A stretch of DNA of 64,000 nt from assembly GCA_964399485.1 (NCBI GenBank), contig CAYNQS010000009.1, forward strand, positions 5,865 through 69,864, read 5' to 3'. This DNA comes from an uncultured Candidatus Bathyarchaeia archaeon. GTDB lineage: Archaea > Thermoproteota > Bathyarchaeia > Bathyarchaeales > Bathyarchaeaceae. The translations under genes and the position numbers were made by a program. How positions within the stretch are numbered: position 1 is the first letter of the stretch; each line of letters opens with the position of its first letter. Below the pieces are notes generated by a model, which was not told the DNA's origin, made no database searches, and saw nothing but the letters and a program-made list of their open reading frames with translations. Positions 56,054 through 64,000 of this stretch are shown here, piece by piece.

Positions 56054-57334
56054 TTGAAGTTGGTCTATCTTGTTGTTGATGGGATGGGTGATGTTCCGAT
56101 AGATGAATTGGGTGATAAGACTCCTCTTGAGGCTGCTGAGACCCCGTATATGGATTCGCTTGCCAAAACTGGAAAAACAGGGCTCATGTATACGGTGGGC
56201 AAGGGTATAGCGCCGGAGAGTGATGTGGCGGTTGTCTCCATTTTGGGTTATGACCCCTTCAAGTATCATGTGAGCAGGGGCGCCCTCGAATCTGTTGGTG
56301 CAAGGTTAGAGATGAGGGATGGTGACTTGGCTCTCAGATGCAATTTTGGGACATTGGCGGTTGACGGCAGCTCTATAGTTGACAGGAGGGCGGGAAGAGA
56401 TTTGACGCAGGAAGAAGCTGATGAGTTGGCTCAAGCAGTTAACGGGCAGGTGCAGTTGGAGTCGTATCCGGTAGGTTTTCAGATAAAAAGTACTGCAACC
56501 TATCGGGCAGCCTTGGTTATAAGAAGTGAGGAAAAGCGGCTTTCAGGCAACATAAGTAACACTGATCCAGCCTATAAGAGGATTGATAGTGTGGGGGTGG
56601 CAGATTTAGAGGCTGAGATGGTTCTGAAGAGTTGTGAGCCTCTTGACGGAAGTGAAGAAGCAAGGATTTCAGCTGAGTTGGTTAACGAATTCACGCGGAA
56701 GGCTACACCTGTTCTGAATCAGCATGAAGTGAACAGGAGACGCGCCAAGGAGGGGAAGCTGAAGGCTAACCTCATACTCAGCAGAGATGCTGGTAGTATG
56801 ATGCCGAAGTTTCCTTCCCTCAGCGAGCTTTATGGACTAAATTTTGTTTGTTTAGCTGACATGAATGTTGAACGGGGAATATCTAGACTGGCAGGGATGA
56901 GTTTGGTTGATCTTCCGCTTCCATCCGAAAGCCTTGAAAAAGATTGTAAACTTAGGGTGAAAAAATTGTCTGAAGTTTTGCCCAGTTATGACTGTTTTTA
57001 TGTTCACATTAAGGGTCCGGATGTGCCGGCTCACGATGGCGACTTTGAACTGAAGTCTCGGCTTATTGCTACTGTTGATAAATATTTTGTGGGGGAAATG
57101 TTGCAGCAGATAAATATGGAAGATTATGTGGTGTGCATAACGGCTGATCATGCGACGCCCTGCAAGCTAAAGGCTCACAGTGACGATCCTGTGCCTCTGC
57201 TTATTGCAGGAAACAAGCTGCAGGGGGATAGGGTTCAGAGGTTCTCTGAGAAAGAGTGTAGAATGGGTGAATTAGGGGTTTTGTCTAACGGAACTGAGCT
57301 TATGCCCAGGCTGGTTAGTTATATGAAGGAATAG
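56054..57334 (+). CDS. apgM: cofactor-independent phosphoglycerate mutase, archaeal type
   Basis: VVDGMGD...TPLEAA.TPYMD, followed by ITADHATP. The TTG at 56054 lies 8 nt after GGAGAGG; the track start is 56033. Confidence 0.85.
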   Translation: MKLVYLVVDGMGDVPIDELGDKTPLEAAETPYMDSLAKTGKTGLMYTVGKGIAPESDVAVVSILGYDPFKYHVSRGALESVGARLEMRDGDLALRCNFGTLAVDGSSIVDRRAGRDLTQEEADELAQAVNGQVQLESYPVGFQIKSTATYRAALVIRSEEKRLSGNISNTDPAYKRIDSVGVADLEAEMVLKSCEPLDGSEEARISAELVNEFTRKATPVLNQHEVNRRRAKEGKLKANLILSRDAGSMMPKFPSLSELYGLNFVCLADMNVERGISRLAGMSLVDLPLPSESLEKDCKLRVKKLSEVLPSYDCFYVHIKGPDVPAHDGDFELKSRLIATVDKYFVGEMLQQINMEDYVVCITADHATPCKLKAHSDDPVPLLIAGNKLQGDRVQRFSEKECRMGELGVLSNGTELMPRLVSYMKE

Positions 57335-57342
57335 AAAGATGG

Positions 57343-57642
57343 CTAGTGCCTTCTAAATCCTAGGAATAAACCAGCAACGAAGCTAGCTACGAAAGGAACA
57401 CTTGACACCAGAGCTACAATCCCCAAGGGAACAATAATGCCTATGACGTTCGATATGCTTGTTGTTAGTGCATCAAAATCCAGAGAAAGGTTGCCTGTAT
57501 ATGCCAAGCCTATTACAACAAAAACGAAAACTGCGATTGTCAGCGCCATGCTCGAGACCTTCTTGACCAAGCTTCCTGCTAAGTAGCCAGAGACCCCACC
57601 TATGACAAACATGAACATTACTGGGACTATCAAATCTTCCAT
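57343..57642 (-). CDS. FUN14-like small membrane protein
   Basis: IGGVSGYLAGSLVKKV followed by hydrophobic helices. Confidence 0.45.
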   Translation of the reverse strand: MEDLIVPVMFMFVIGGVSGYLAGSLVKKVSSMALTIAVFVFVVIGLAYTGNLSLDFDALTTSISNVIGIIVPLGIVALVSSVPFVASFVAGLFLGFRRH

Positions 57643-57658
57643 TTTCCTTTTTCACCTC

Positions 57659-57766
57659 TCAAGTTTGTAGATAAATTATGGTTCCACATTTTTTGCAGTG
57701 AAGGAAATTGCCTTCTGGACTGGATTGTCTGGAGGTTATTTCCTGTTTGCAATTGGGGCACTCCAT
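57659..57766 (-). CDS. 35-aa zinc-ribbon protein (below ORF-track cutoff)
   Basis: MECPNCKQEITSRQSSPEGNFLHCKKCGTIIYLQT. CPxC...CxxC pattern. GGAG lies 9 nt upstream. The stop is 16 nt before the FUN14-like start. Confidence 0.4.
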   Translation of the reverse strand: MECPNCKQEITSRQSSPEGNFLHCKKCGTIIYLQT

Positions 57767-57891
57767 AATTTATGTCTCCGACTTCTTCGTATTGATGCGG
57801 TTTATTAATATTGATTATGAATTCTGAGTACATATTTTCATTTCATAAGTGATTTTTATAAAAGCCGCCTTAGGGTGTTTCGGCGTTAACT

Positions 57892-58029
57892 ATGAGCACG
57901 AAAGTTCGAGAGATTCAACGGAAACTTGCAAAGCTTGAGAAAGAGGCGGATGAACTGAAACTTCTCAAGTCTGATTATCATTACGCTAAGAAATTCCGCA
58001 GAATGCTTGTTAAGCAAGAGGTAGATTAG
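57892..58029 (+). CDS. possible 45-aa coiled-coil peptide
   Basis: ATG...TAG ORF MSTKVREIQRKLAKLEKEADELKLLKSDYHYAKKFRRMLVKQEVD. No clear SD. Confidence 0.2.
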   Translation: MSTKVREIQRKLAKLEKEADELKLLKSDYHYAKKFRRMLVKQEVD

Positions 58030-58035
58030 CGGAGC

Positions 58036-59016
58036 CTAAATTGGCGGTTTTTGCTGTTTTCTTTTCTGTAAAGGCAATTTCAGCCACTTTATGAAATCGG
58101 AACTTGGCGGTTCCGTTTCGAAGAGTTGCCTACGGCGAAACTCCAGAAGGTTGTTTGTTGTTCCTGAGAATTCAGCTGCTGTGAGAACTTTGTGTCCTAC
58201 TTGCGTGGCGGCGTCGAATATTGGCTGGGTCTGGCTTCTCCAGTTTTCGTCTCTGAGGATGTGGTGTTCGAGTATGGTTGTGGGCACGTTTTCAACTAGG
58301 GTCTTTAGGTTTTGTATTCCTGCTTCTATGTGTTCCTCTTTTACTCTGAAACCTGCGAGGTAGGTGGGGGGTCCCCCTATCATGACCAGCTGAGGTTTTT
58401 CAGCCAAGATTTGGTTTAATGTTGGCGTATGTATGGGTCCTTGAACATCAGATGTGAACATGACCTTTTCGTCTCCACATTCTATGGTTACCATCAGTAG
58501 CCATCCTAGCTCCGTGTTTTCGGATCCATGGAAAACTGGGTCAGAAAATTTCAGTTTTGTTTCTCCGAACTGGAATGTTTTGCCGTCAGCGAATTCTACT
58601 TTTTTTGTGTGTTTGCCTCCGGTTTTCCTGAACATCCATCCTCGGCGTCTTTGGCTGGCGTTGACCATGGAGCGGTAGCTTTTGGTGAGGACCAGTTTTC
58701 CTTGGTAGATTTTTTTTGCGGTTTCTGGTGAGGACCAGTTGGTGAACCAGTCTGTGTATGAGGGTGTGTGGTGGTCGAAGTGGTAGTGGCTTATGGTTGT
58801 GATGTCTGCTCTCTCTGCTGTTTTGGCTATTCTTTTACGGCATTCTGCGAGGGCTTGGTATTCTCTGGGGTGAGGAGGGTATCCCCATCTTTTTGGGGCT
58901 AGGGATGCGCCGGCGTCTAGAAGAATTTTGGTGTCCGGGGTTTCTATGTAGGTGCACATGGATCGTACGCCGAGACTTTCTTCGGCTAGTGGAGTAACTT
59001 TGATTTGTTTGGGCAC
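58036..59016 (-). CDS. MBL-fold metallo-hydrolase (archaeal family)
   Basis: ISHYHFDHH metal motif. LLDAGAS near the N-terminus. Confidence 0.7.
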   Translation of the reverse strand: MPKQIKVTPLAEESLGVRSMCTYIETPDTKILLDAGASLAPKRWGYPPHPREYQALAECRKRIAKTAERADITTISHYHFDHHTPSYTDWFTNWSSPETAKKIYQGKLVLTKSYRSMVNASQRRRGWMFRKTGGKHTKKVEFADGKTFQFGETKLKFSDPVFHGSENTELGWLLMVTIECGDEKVMFTSDVQGPIHTPTLNQILAEKPQLVMIGGPPTYLAGFRVKEEHIEAGIQNLKTLVENVPTTILEHHILRDENWRSQTQPIFDAATQVGHKVLTAAEFSGTTNNLLEFRRRQLFETEPPSSDFIKWLKLPLQKRKQQKPPI

Positions 59017-59331
59017 TGTTGTTCAGCACGCTGCTTCTGTTAGGCTATATTTTTATGCTGGAGTGGCATTTAATGTTGTTTGGTGGGCGATGACGATTTT
59101 GACCCCACTGAAAAGTGATTGAGATCTTGAGAAAAGTCGACGGCTGATGGCTGGTCGCTTTCAAGAATGCGTGAGCCCACCAACAGTTTCTGCTTTTTTG
59201 GTTTGGAGGTTGTGTTTTTGAGTGGTTTGTTGTTAGTTGCTGGTGTCATAAGAGTTGTAGCATGTGTAGCTAGAATTATGTCAAAAATCGTAATATAGAG
59301 TTAAATGTTAAATATGTAGAACAGTATACTG

Positions 59332-59676
59332 TTGGAAAAATGGTTGGTAATGACTTTGGTGGAAGAGAAGATAAAGAACATTCTCACTGACGAGAAGCTT
59401 TCCGCTATCAAGGCTGTGCTGGAGAAGGACCATGCTATTGACTGTATCTTTCTTTTGAAGTTGGAGAAGGGGCGGTGGAAGAATGCTAAGGCGTTTATGC
59501 AAGAGTTGGATCTTACTTTGAGCGATGGGACTTTCAGGTCGAGGATGATGGAGATAGAGGATTTGGGGTTGGCTGAGAGTGTGGCAATTGATCCTTTGAA
59601 GAAGTATTACGTGATTACCAAGTTAGGCGAGAAGATAGCGGATCTTCTTTTGGGCTTCTTTGATGAGCTAAAATAG
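59332..59676 (+). CDS. winged-helix DNA-binding protein upstream of the pilin genes
   Basis: SDGTFRSRMMEIEDLGL (recognition helix) plus the KKYYVITKLG wing. TTG track start, with an ATG alternative at 59350. Confidence 0.45.
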   Translation: MEKWLVMTLVEEKIKNILTDEKLSAIKAVLEKDHAIDCIFLLKLEKGRWKNAKAFMQELDLTLSDGTFRSRMMEIEDLGLAESVAIDPLKKYYVITKLGEKIADLLLGFFDELK

Positions 59677-59750
59677 TTTTGTAGGTGGTTTCGTCGGGTT
59701 TTCCGCGTTTTTATTTTTGTTTTTGTAATATGATGTATTGTATCGTAAGA

Positions 59751-59757
59751 TTTAAAT
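59751..59757 (+). promoter_or_regulatory. TATA-box candidate TTTAAAT for pilin 1
   Basis: It lies 50-56 nt upstream of the ATG. GGAGGG SD at about 59790. An identical element lies before pilin 2. Confidence 0.4.
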
Positions 59758-59806
59758 CTCCTGACTGCCTAGTTCTCTTATAACTCGAAGGAGGGAAAGA
59801 ACCAAA

Positions 59807-60226
59807 ATGAGAAAACTCCTAAAGAGTAAGAAAGCTCTAAGCCCAGTTGTCGCAGCCATCATACTCATCGCCGTAACGGTCGCAGTCTCCATCGCAGTTG
59901 CAGCATGGATGGGCTCACTAACCATCGGCTTCATGGAAACAAGCGAACTGACAGTCACCCAAATGACTTTCACTGTTGGCAACGCTACTGCCGGTCGAAT
60001 AGCCGTCGCCGTGACTAACTCAGGAACAAGCGATGTCACTGTAAGCCTGATAAAAGTAAACGGTATTACAGCAGGTACTTGGTCATCCGGAACTTCAGAC
60101 ACAGTTGCACCAGGCGCTAGTGAAACCTTTACAATAACACAGACTGTAGCTGCTGGAAACAAGTACAGCGTACACATGTTTGCAACTGATGGCACAATGG
60201 TCGGCTCTTACACGGACACAGCTTAG
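59807..60226 (+). CDS. archaeal type IV pilin-like protein (class III signal peptide)
   Basis: MRKLLKSKKA/LSPVVAAIILIAVTVAVSIAVAAW: basic leader, a predicted prepilin-peptidase site after KA, then a hydrophobic helix. Confidence 0.8.
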   Translation: MRKLLKSKKALSPVVAAIILIAVTVAVSIAVAAWMGSLTIGFMETSELTVTQMTFTVGNATAGRIAVAVTNSGTSDVTVSLIKVNGITAGTWSSGTSDTVAPGASETFTITQTVAAGNKYSVHMFATDGTMVGSYTDTA

Positions 60227-60259
60227 ACTCTGAAACAGGAACTTTAAATAGGAGAGATT

Positions 60260-60281
60260 GGGGGATGGGTAGTCCTTCCCC
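60260..60281 (+). terminator. GC hairpin GGGGGA...TTCCCC after pilin 1
   Basis: Conserved in both duplication copies and followed by a T-rich tract. Confidence 0.3.
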
Positions 60282-60702
60282 TATTTCACAATCTTTGGCG
60301 CGTTAACCTGTTGCGAAATTGAGCAAAAATGTTTTTTTAAAATTGTTGATTTTTTTGTTGTTGTGGTATTAGGCGATTTCTTGGTGGCAGTTGGAGTTTG
60401 CAGCATTGGTTTTGTAGGGAAGTAAAGTTGTTCCATAACCATTCGTGAATCGCTTTCTGTAAATGGATTGAGCCGTAAACGGTTTAAAGACACCTAGAAG
60501 ACTTTGAGGGGACAGGGTTGGTAGTTAGAAGTGGGATTGCTAAGGGAAGGGGCAGATCACTGCACATTACAAACCCGCCTTGAAGCTGGTTAGAGCGGTT
60601 TCCAAAGGTGTGGGAGAAGAGTTGGAGTTGTTTTCGGTGTTTTCGTTGGTTTTTCCATTTGTTAGTTTTTGGTTTTGTAATATGTTGTCTTAAGTCGTAA
60701 GA

Positions 60703-60709
60703 TTTAAAT
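60703..60709 (+). promoter_or_regulatory. TATA-box candidate TTTAAAT for pilin 2
   Basis: Same position relative to the ATG as in copy 1. Confidence 0.4.
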
Positions 60710-60758
60710 CTGCTTGATGCCTAGTTCTCTTATAACTCGAAGGAGGGAAAGAACCAAA

Positions 60759-61166
60759 ATGAGAAAACTCCTAAAGAGTAAGAAAGCTCTAAGCCCAGTT
60801 GTCGCAGCCATCATACTCATCGCCGTAACGGTCGCAGTCTCCATCGCAGTTGCAGCATGGATGGGCTCACTAACCATCGGCTTCATGGAAACAAGCGAAC
60901 TGACAGTCACCCAGATGACCTTTGACACAACTAATAACAACATAACAGTTTATTGTACTAACTCTGGAACAAGCGATGTCACTGTTACCTTGGTAAAAGT
61001 TAACGGCGCAACAGAATCCGCCTTTTCAGGAGATACAACATATGCTCCAGGTGATACAGGAACTATTGATATCTCTATAACCGCTGTCACAGCTGGTAAC
61101 AAGTACGCTGTAAATCTATTCGCATCTGATGGCACAATGGTAGGCTCTTACACGGACACAGCTTAG
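60759..61166 (+). CDS. archaeal type IV pilin-like protein, paralog 2
   Basis: The ATG at 60759 gives a first 52 aa identical to pilin 1. The track start 60714 is a TTG inside the duplicated leader. Confidence 0.8.
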   Translation: MRKLLKSKKALSPVVAAIILIAVTVAVSIAVAAWMGSLTIGFMETSELTVTQMTFDTTNNNITVYCTNSGTSDVTVTLVKVNGATESAFSGDTTYAPGDTGTIDISITAVTAGNKYAVNLFASDGTMVGSYTDTA

Positions 61167-61200
61167 ACTTTGAAAATAGGAACTTTCAATAGGAGAGATT

Positions 61201-61222
61201 GGGGGATGGCTGGTCCTCCCCC
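61201..61222 (+). terminator. GC hairpin GGGGGA...TCCCCC after pilin 2 (possible attenuator before downstream genes)
   Basis: 6-bp stem, 28 nt upstream of the next ATG. Confidence 0.3.
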
Positions 61223-61249
61223 TCTTTCACCATCTTTGGAGGTGTAAAT

Positions 61250-61675
61250 ATGGTAGTAAAATTAAAAGAATATGAATCCGCGGTCGAAATAGCAAAAGCT
61301 ATGGACGATGATATATCCAAAACAAAGAGCGTCCTCGGCGAATACCTGCGCAGACTAGACTCCATAAGGAATCTAGCTGAACGATCAAAGAAGATACGCG
61401 AAGTGGTCTTCAAACTGGCAGGCAAAAAATCAGCCCAAAACAGCCTAGGAGAAATAACGGTAGGCGACCTAAGCGTAATCTTAGACGCCAATCCATTCCA
61501 CGAACTAACCGCCATCGAACAGGTGGTTCGCAGCCAACAAGACAGACTGCTGGTGCTCCAAAAGGCACGTGAAGCACTAAACTGGGTTGACCAAATAGGT
61601 GACACCGAAGGACTCAAGTATTTGGTGCTGGAAAACGACGGGGTTCCCGAAAGGATTCTGCTAAAGATCTCCTAG
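61250..61675 (+). CDS. coiled-coil hypothetical protein (141 aa)
   Basis: The ATG at 61250 is preceded by GGAGGTG. Helical, heptad-like composition. No family recognised. Confidence 0.5.
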   Translation: MVVKLKEYESAVEIAKAMDDDISKTKSVLGEYLRRLDSIRNLAERSKKIREVVFKLAGKKSAQNSLGEITVGDLSVILDANPFHELTAIEQVVRSQQDRLLVLQKAREALNWVDQIGDTEGLKYLVLENDGVPERILLKIS

Positions 61676-61697
61676 GTCAGGCAGGAAGTGAAAAACA

Positions 61698-62414
61698 ATG
61701 GACAGGGACCCCTCCGCTATAGCCCTAAATAATGCTATAACTGAAATCAATAAAGCGTACCCTGACATCAAAAACTCCTTCATTTTTACAAAAAACGGAA
61801 CCATACTCACCGGAGACCAAGAAACAGACCAACAAACCATAAAAAACATACAGGAATCCTTCGAAAACCTGAAAGAAAAAACAAAAACCATCGGCAACCT
61901 CGAAAGCTTCACCATCAACACAAAAAACGGCAAACTAACACTCTCCAACATCAAAGATATACACCTGCTCCTAGCAACATCCAAAAACGCGGACAAAAAT
62001 CACATTCACTCCATAACACAGGTGATAATTCCTACAATCCTAAAAACTATGGAAGCTCTTGCTCCCATCCAACCTCAAATTACACCTCCAAAACAACTAA
62101 TCGTAGACACCCTCACCGGATTCTTCGCCGGCGACTCCGTGCAAATCGACACAGAGATACTAATGGAGTGGACCAAAAATAGCGGTGATCCACGCGCCCG
62201 CGTGAAGGCCGCAATAACAGGAGAATCAAACATTCCAGAAAACATAGAGCAAGTCAGAATCGAAACTTTCGGCGGCAACTCTACCCTCTGCAAAGTGAAA
62301 GAAGTCAACGATCAGGACATGAAAGGAAAAAACATGATCAGAATACCCGAAAAACTCTGCAAAACTCTAGAAATCACCAAAGGAGATCTGGTGAAGGTCA
62401 AACCAGCATCCTAG
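61698..62414 (+). CDS. Roadblock/LC7-like N-terminal domain fused to a C-terminal AbrB/CDC48-N-like beta-barrel
   Basis: N-terminus: IKNSFIFTKNGTILTG...GKLTLSNIKDIHLLLATS has an alpha-beta-alpha Roadblock-like pattern. C-terminus: MIRIPEKLCKTLEITKGDLVKVKP is a swapped-hairpin-type motif. Confidence 0.4.
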   Translation: MDRDPSAIALNNAITEINKAYPDIKNSFIFTKNGTILTGDQETDQQTIKNIQESFENLKEKTKTIGNLESFTINTKNGKLTLSNIKDIHLLLATSKNADKNHIHSITQVIIPTILKTMEALAPIQPQITPPKQLIVDTLTGFFAGDSVQIDTEILMEWTKNSGDPRARVKAAITGESNIPENIEQVRIETFGGNSTLCKVKEVNDQDMKGKNMIRIPEKLCKTLEITKGDLVKVKPAS

Positions 62415-62424
62415 AGGAATCCAC

Positions 62425-62781
62425 ATGACAGAAAAAAACACAGAGACAGACGAAACCGAAAACGAGCTTGAAGAACTGCAAGAAAAACTGCAAGAAATCA
62501 AAGACCAGGAAGGAATCATCGGATACATACTAAGAGGCACAAAATCAGCATCAATTGACCTGAAGGACCCCACAAAAATAATCGACTACGCCGTTCTTTC
62601 CTCCACAACCTTCGACGCAAGCACCAACATGGCAGAAGCCCTCCAAATGGGTGAACCACAGAAGATAGTTATAGAGTGCGAAGAAACAAAACTCCTGTCA
62701 ATGAACGTTAATAATCACCGCCTCAGCATATTCATGGAAAAAACCGTCAACCACAACAACCTATACAAAAGCCTGAAATAA
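62425..62781 (+). CDS. Roadblock/LC7 (MglB-like) domain protein with acidic N-terminal tail
   Basis: GIIGYILRGTKSASIDL...EPQKIVIECEETKLLSMNVNNHRLSIFMEK fits the Robl_LC7 pattern. Confidence 0.45.
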   Translation: MTEKNTETDETENELEELQEKLQEIKDQEGIIGYILRGTKSASIDLKDPTKIIDYAVLSSTTFDASTNMAEALQMGEPQKIVIECEETKLLSMNVNNHRLSIFMEKTVNHNNLYKSLK

Positions 62782-63023
62782 ACTCTCCCCATTTTTGAAA
62801 AACAGTTTTTTCTCAAACCACATCTATTTTTTAAATATCAAGCACGAGATTAGCCTCCAATTTTTGGTTCAAACAACAACACGATTGTCAGCTTCAGCCC
62901 TCAAAACGGTTCAGTCGTTGCCTCGCAGAGATAAATCTAAAAGCCTTAGAGTTCTAACTGCTCTCTACACCGCAACATATTCGTTAATGCTTGAATTTGA
63001 AGCCATACCGAGTTGAAAAAATA

Positions 63024-63863
63024 ATGATAGGGAAGCTGACGGGACTCTTACGGTTAACAAGACCGCTGAACTGCCTAATGATGGGTTTCGCCGTGATCGT
63101 GGGCGCCTCCCTCGTTTCCACACTCAGTCCCACACTCAACCTCATCCTCGGATTCGTAACCTCCTTTCTGTTAACAGCCGCTTCCATGACAATAAACGAC
63201 TACTACGACAGACAAATCGACGCCATCAACGAACCAAACCGCCCAATCCCAAAAGGAGACGTCAGTCCAAAAGAAGCCCTCATATTCGCCGCTTCCTTGA
63301 CCACGATAGGACTGGTAGCAGCATTCAAAACCAACCTGCCCTGCCTCGTAGTGGCGGTGGCAGCGTTGATAATCTCCCTAACCTACATCACTGAAGGGAA
63401 AAGGACAGGACTCCCCGGAAATTTGCTGGTCAGCGCAACCGTGGTAATCCCCTTTATCTACGGAGGCTTAGCCGTAGGACAAATAGAAACTTCCACTCTA
63501 CTGTTCGTCGCCATAGCCTTCTTATCAAACACCGGAAGAGAAATCACAAAAGGAATAGTGGATGTTGAAGGAGACCGGTCCCATAACATTAAGACAATCG
63601 CAGTAACCTACGGAGAACGAACAGCGGCAGCAACCGCAGCAATCTTCACTCTCTCAGCAGTTTGCCTCAGCCCTTTACCATGGCTGTGGGAACTTGTTTC
63701 CAACTGGTTCTTACCCCCAGTCATCATAACAGACATCGGAATGATAGCATCCTCATTCCTGCTCCTCAGAAACTATTCCAGAAAAAACGCTAAAACAATA
63801 AAAAATCTGAGCTTAATCTGGTTTATCACAGGGCTTTTAGCTTTCATCCTAGGAAAAATCTGA
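63024..63863 (+). CDS. UbiA-family prenyltransferase, digeranylgeranylglyceryl phosphate synthase-like
   Basis: NDYYDRQIDAINEPNRPIP (first Asp-rich motif) with 8-9 TM helices. ATG at 63024. Confidence 0.75.
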   Translation: MIGKLTGLLRLTRPLNCLMMGFAVIVGASLVSTLSPTLNLILGFVTSFLLTAASMTINDYYDRQIDAINEPNRPIPKGDVSPKEALIFAASLTTIGLVAAFKTNLPCLVVAVAALIISLTYITEGKRTGLPGNLLVSATVVIPFIYGGLAVGQIETSTLLFVAIAFLSNTGREITKGIVDVEGDRSHNIKTIAVTYGERTAAATAAIFTLSAVCLSPLPWLWELVSNWFLPPVIITDIGMIASSFLLLRNYSRKNAKTIKNLSLIWFITGLLAFILGKI

Positions 63864-63873
63864 AACAGCCTAC

Positions 63874-64000
63874 CTATCTTACTCTGCTTCCCGCCGCAAT
63901 ATCCTTTTCTGGAGCAATCAGAATCACATGACCCTCACTGTCTTCGGCGGCGAGCACCATACACTGAGATTCTATGCCCATAATCTTTCTTCTCTGCAAA
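63874..64000 (-). CDS. C-terminal end of a tRNA-binding-domain (Trbp111/CsaA/MetRS-C-like) protein, cut by window edge
   Basis: The minus strand translates to ..RKIMGIESQCMVLAAEDSEGHVILIAPEKDIAAGSRVR-TAG, typical of the OB-fold tRNA-binding domain. Confidence 0.55.
   Translation of the reverse strand, partial: LQRRKIMGIESQCMVLAAEDSEGHVILIAPEKDIAAGSRVR

Larger units (their letters stand above)
59725..60298 (+). repeat. tandem duplication unit, copy 1 (promoter + pilin + terminator hairpin)
   Basis: 59725-59961 is nearly identical to 60677-60913 at an offset of 952 nt. The 3' ends (about 60150-60298 versus 61093-61239) are also conserved. The middle is diverged. Confidence 0.85.
60677..61239 (+). 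repeat. tandem duplication unit, copy 2
   Basis: See copy 1. Confidence 0.85.

Noticed and set aside
59725-61239. CRISPR array or other short-period repeat
   Set aside because: There are only two copies, the period is about 950 bp, and the repeats contain protein-coding pilin sequence. No 25-40-nt repeat/spacer periodicity occurs anywhere in the window, and there are no cas genes.
62797-62842. Possible fifth, degenerate copy of the 48-nt element (GAAAAACAGTTTTTTCTCAAACCACATCTATTTTTTAAATATC)
   Set aside because: Only the left box is loosely similar and needs indels. The right-box palindrome is replaced by TATTTTTTAAATA. This is too weak to count without a statistical model, although it also sits directly after a stop codon.

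Overview
This is a gene-dense 64-kb chromosomal segment that reads as archaeal. The lineage is probably TACK/Thermoproteota or Bathyarchaeia-like, but that is a guess. Support comes from archaea-specific enzymes: two PurP genes, ApgM, a DGGGP-synthase-type UbiA prenyltransferase, membrane LonB, and archaeal-type LeuRS and UMP kinase. It also comes from class-III-signal pilins and from four tRNA genes that all carry bulge-helix-bulge (BHB) introns plus a genomically encoded CCA.

I call about 60 protein genes. Most are housekeeping: membrane pyrophosphatase, P-type ATPase, pyruvate kinase, GcvH plus lipoylation genes, and thiamine, purine and proline genes. I also call 4 tRNAs (Leu-CAA, Arg-TCT, Tyr-GTA, Ala-CGC), one TPP riboswitch, one probable pseudogene and several repeats. 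I saw no rRNA, CRISPR array, transposase or integrase.

The items most worth a second look are:
1. A 48-nt bipartite intergenic element present four times in exact register.
2. A five-gene operon with a membrane polyferredoxin, a single HgdB/BcrC-family subunit, two different HgdC/BcrAD-type ATPases and a ferredoxin. This architecture matches none of the known family layouts.
3. A TPP-riboswitch-controlled operon that contains two genes with no known thiamine role.
4. A wHTH / duplicated mosaic pilin / coiled-coil / two Roadblock-LC7 cluster with no assembly ATPase.
5. A 160-nt tRNA-Tyr gene with two introns.
6. A low-GC cassette with a methyltransferase gene bracketed by 17-nt inverted repeats.

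All protein calls come from motif recognition by eye; no database search was possible. Many ORF-track starts are alternative (GTG/TTG) codons. Where an ATG or SD-supported start was evident I moved the start and say so.
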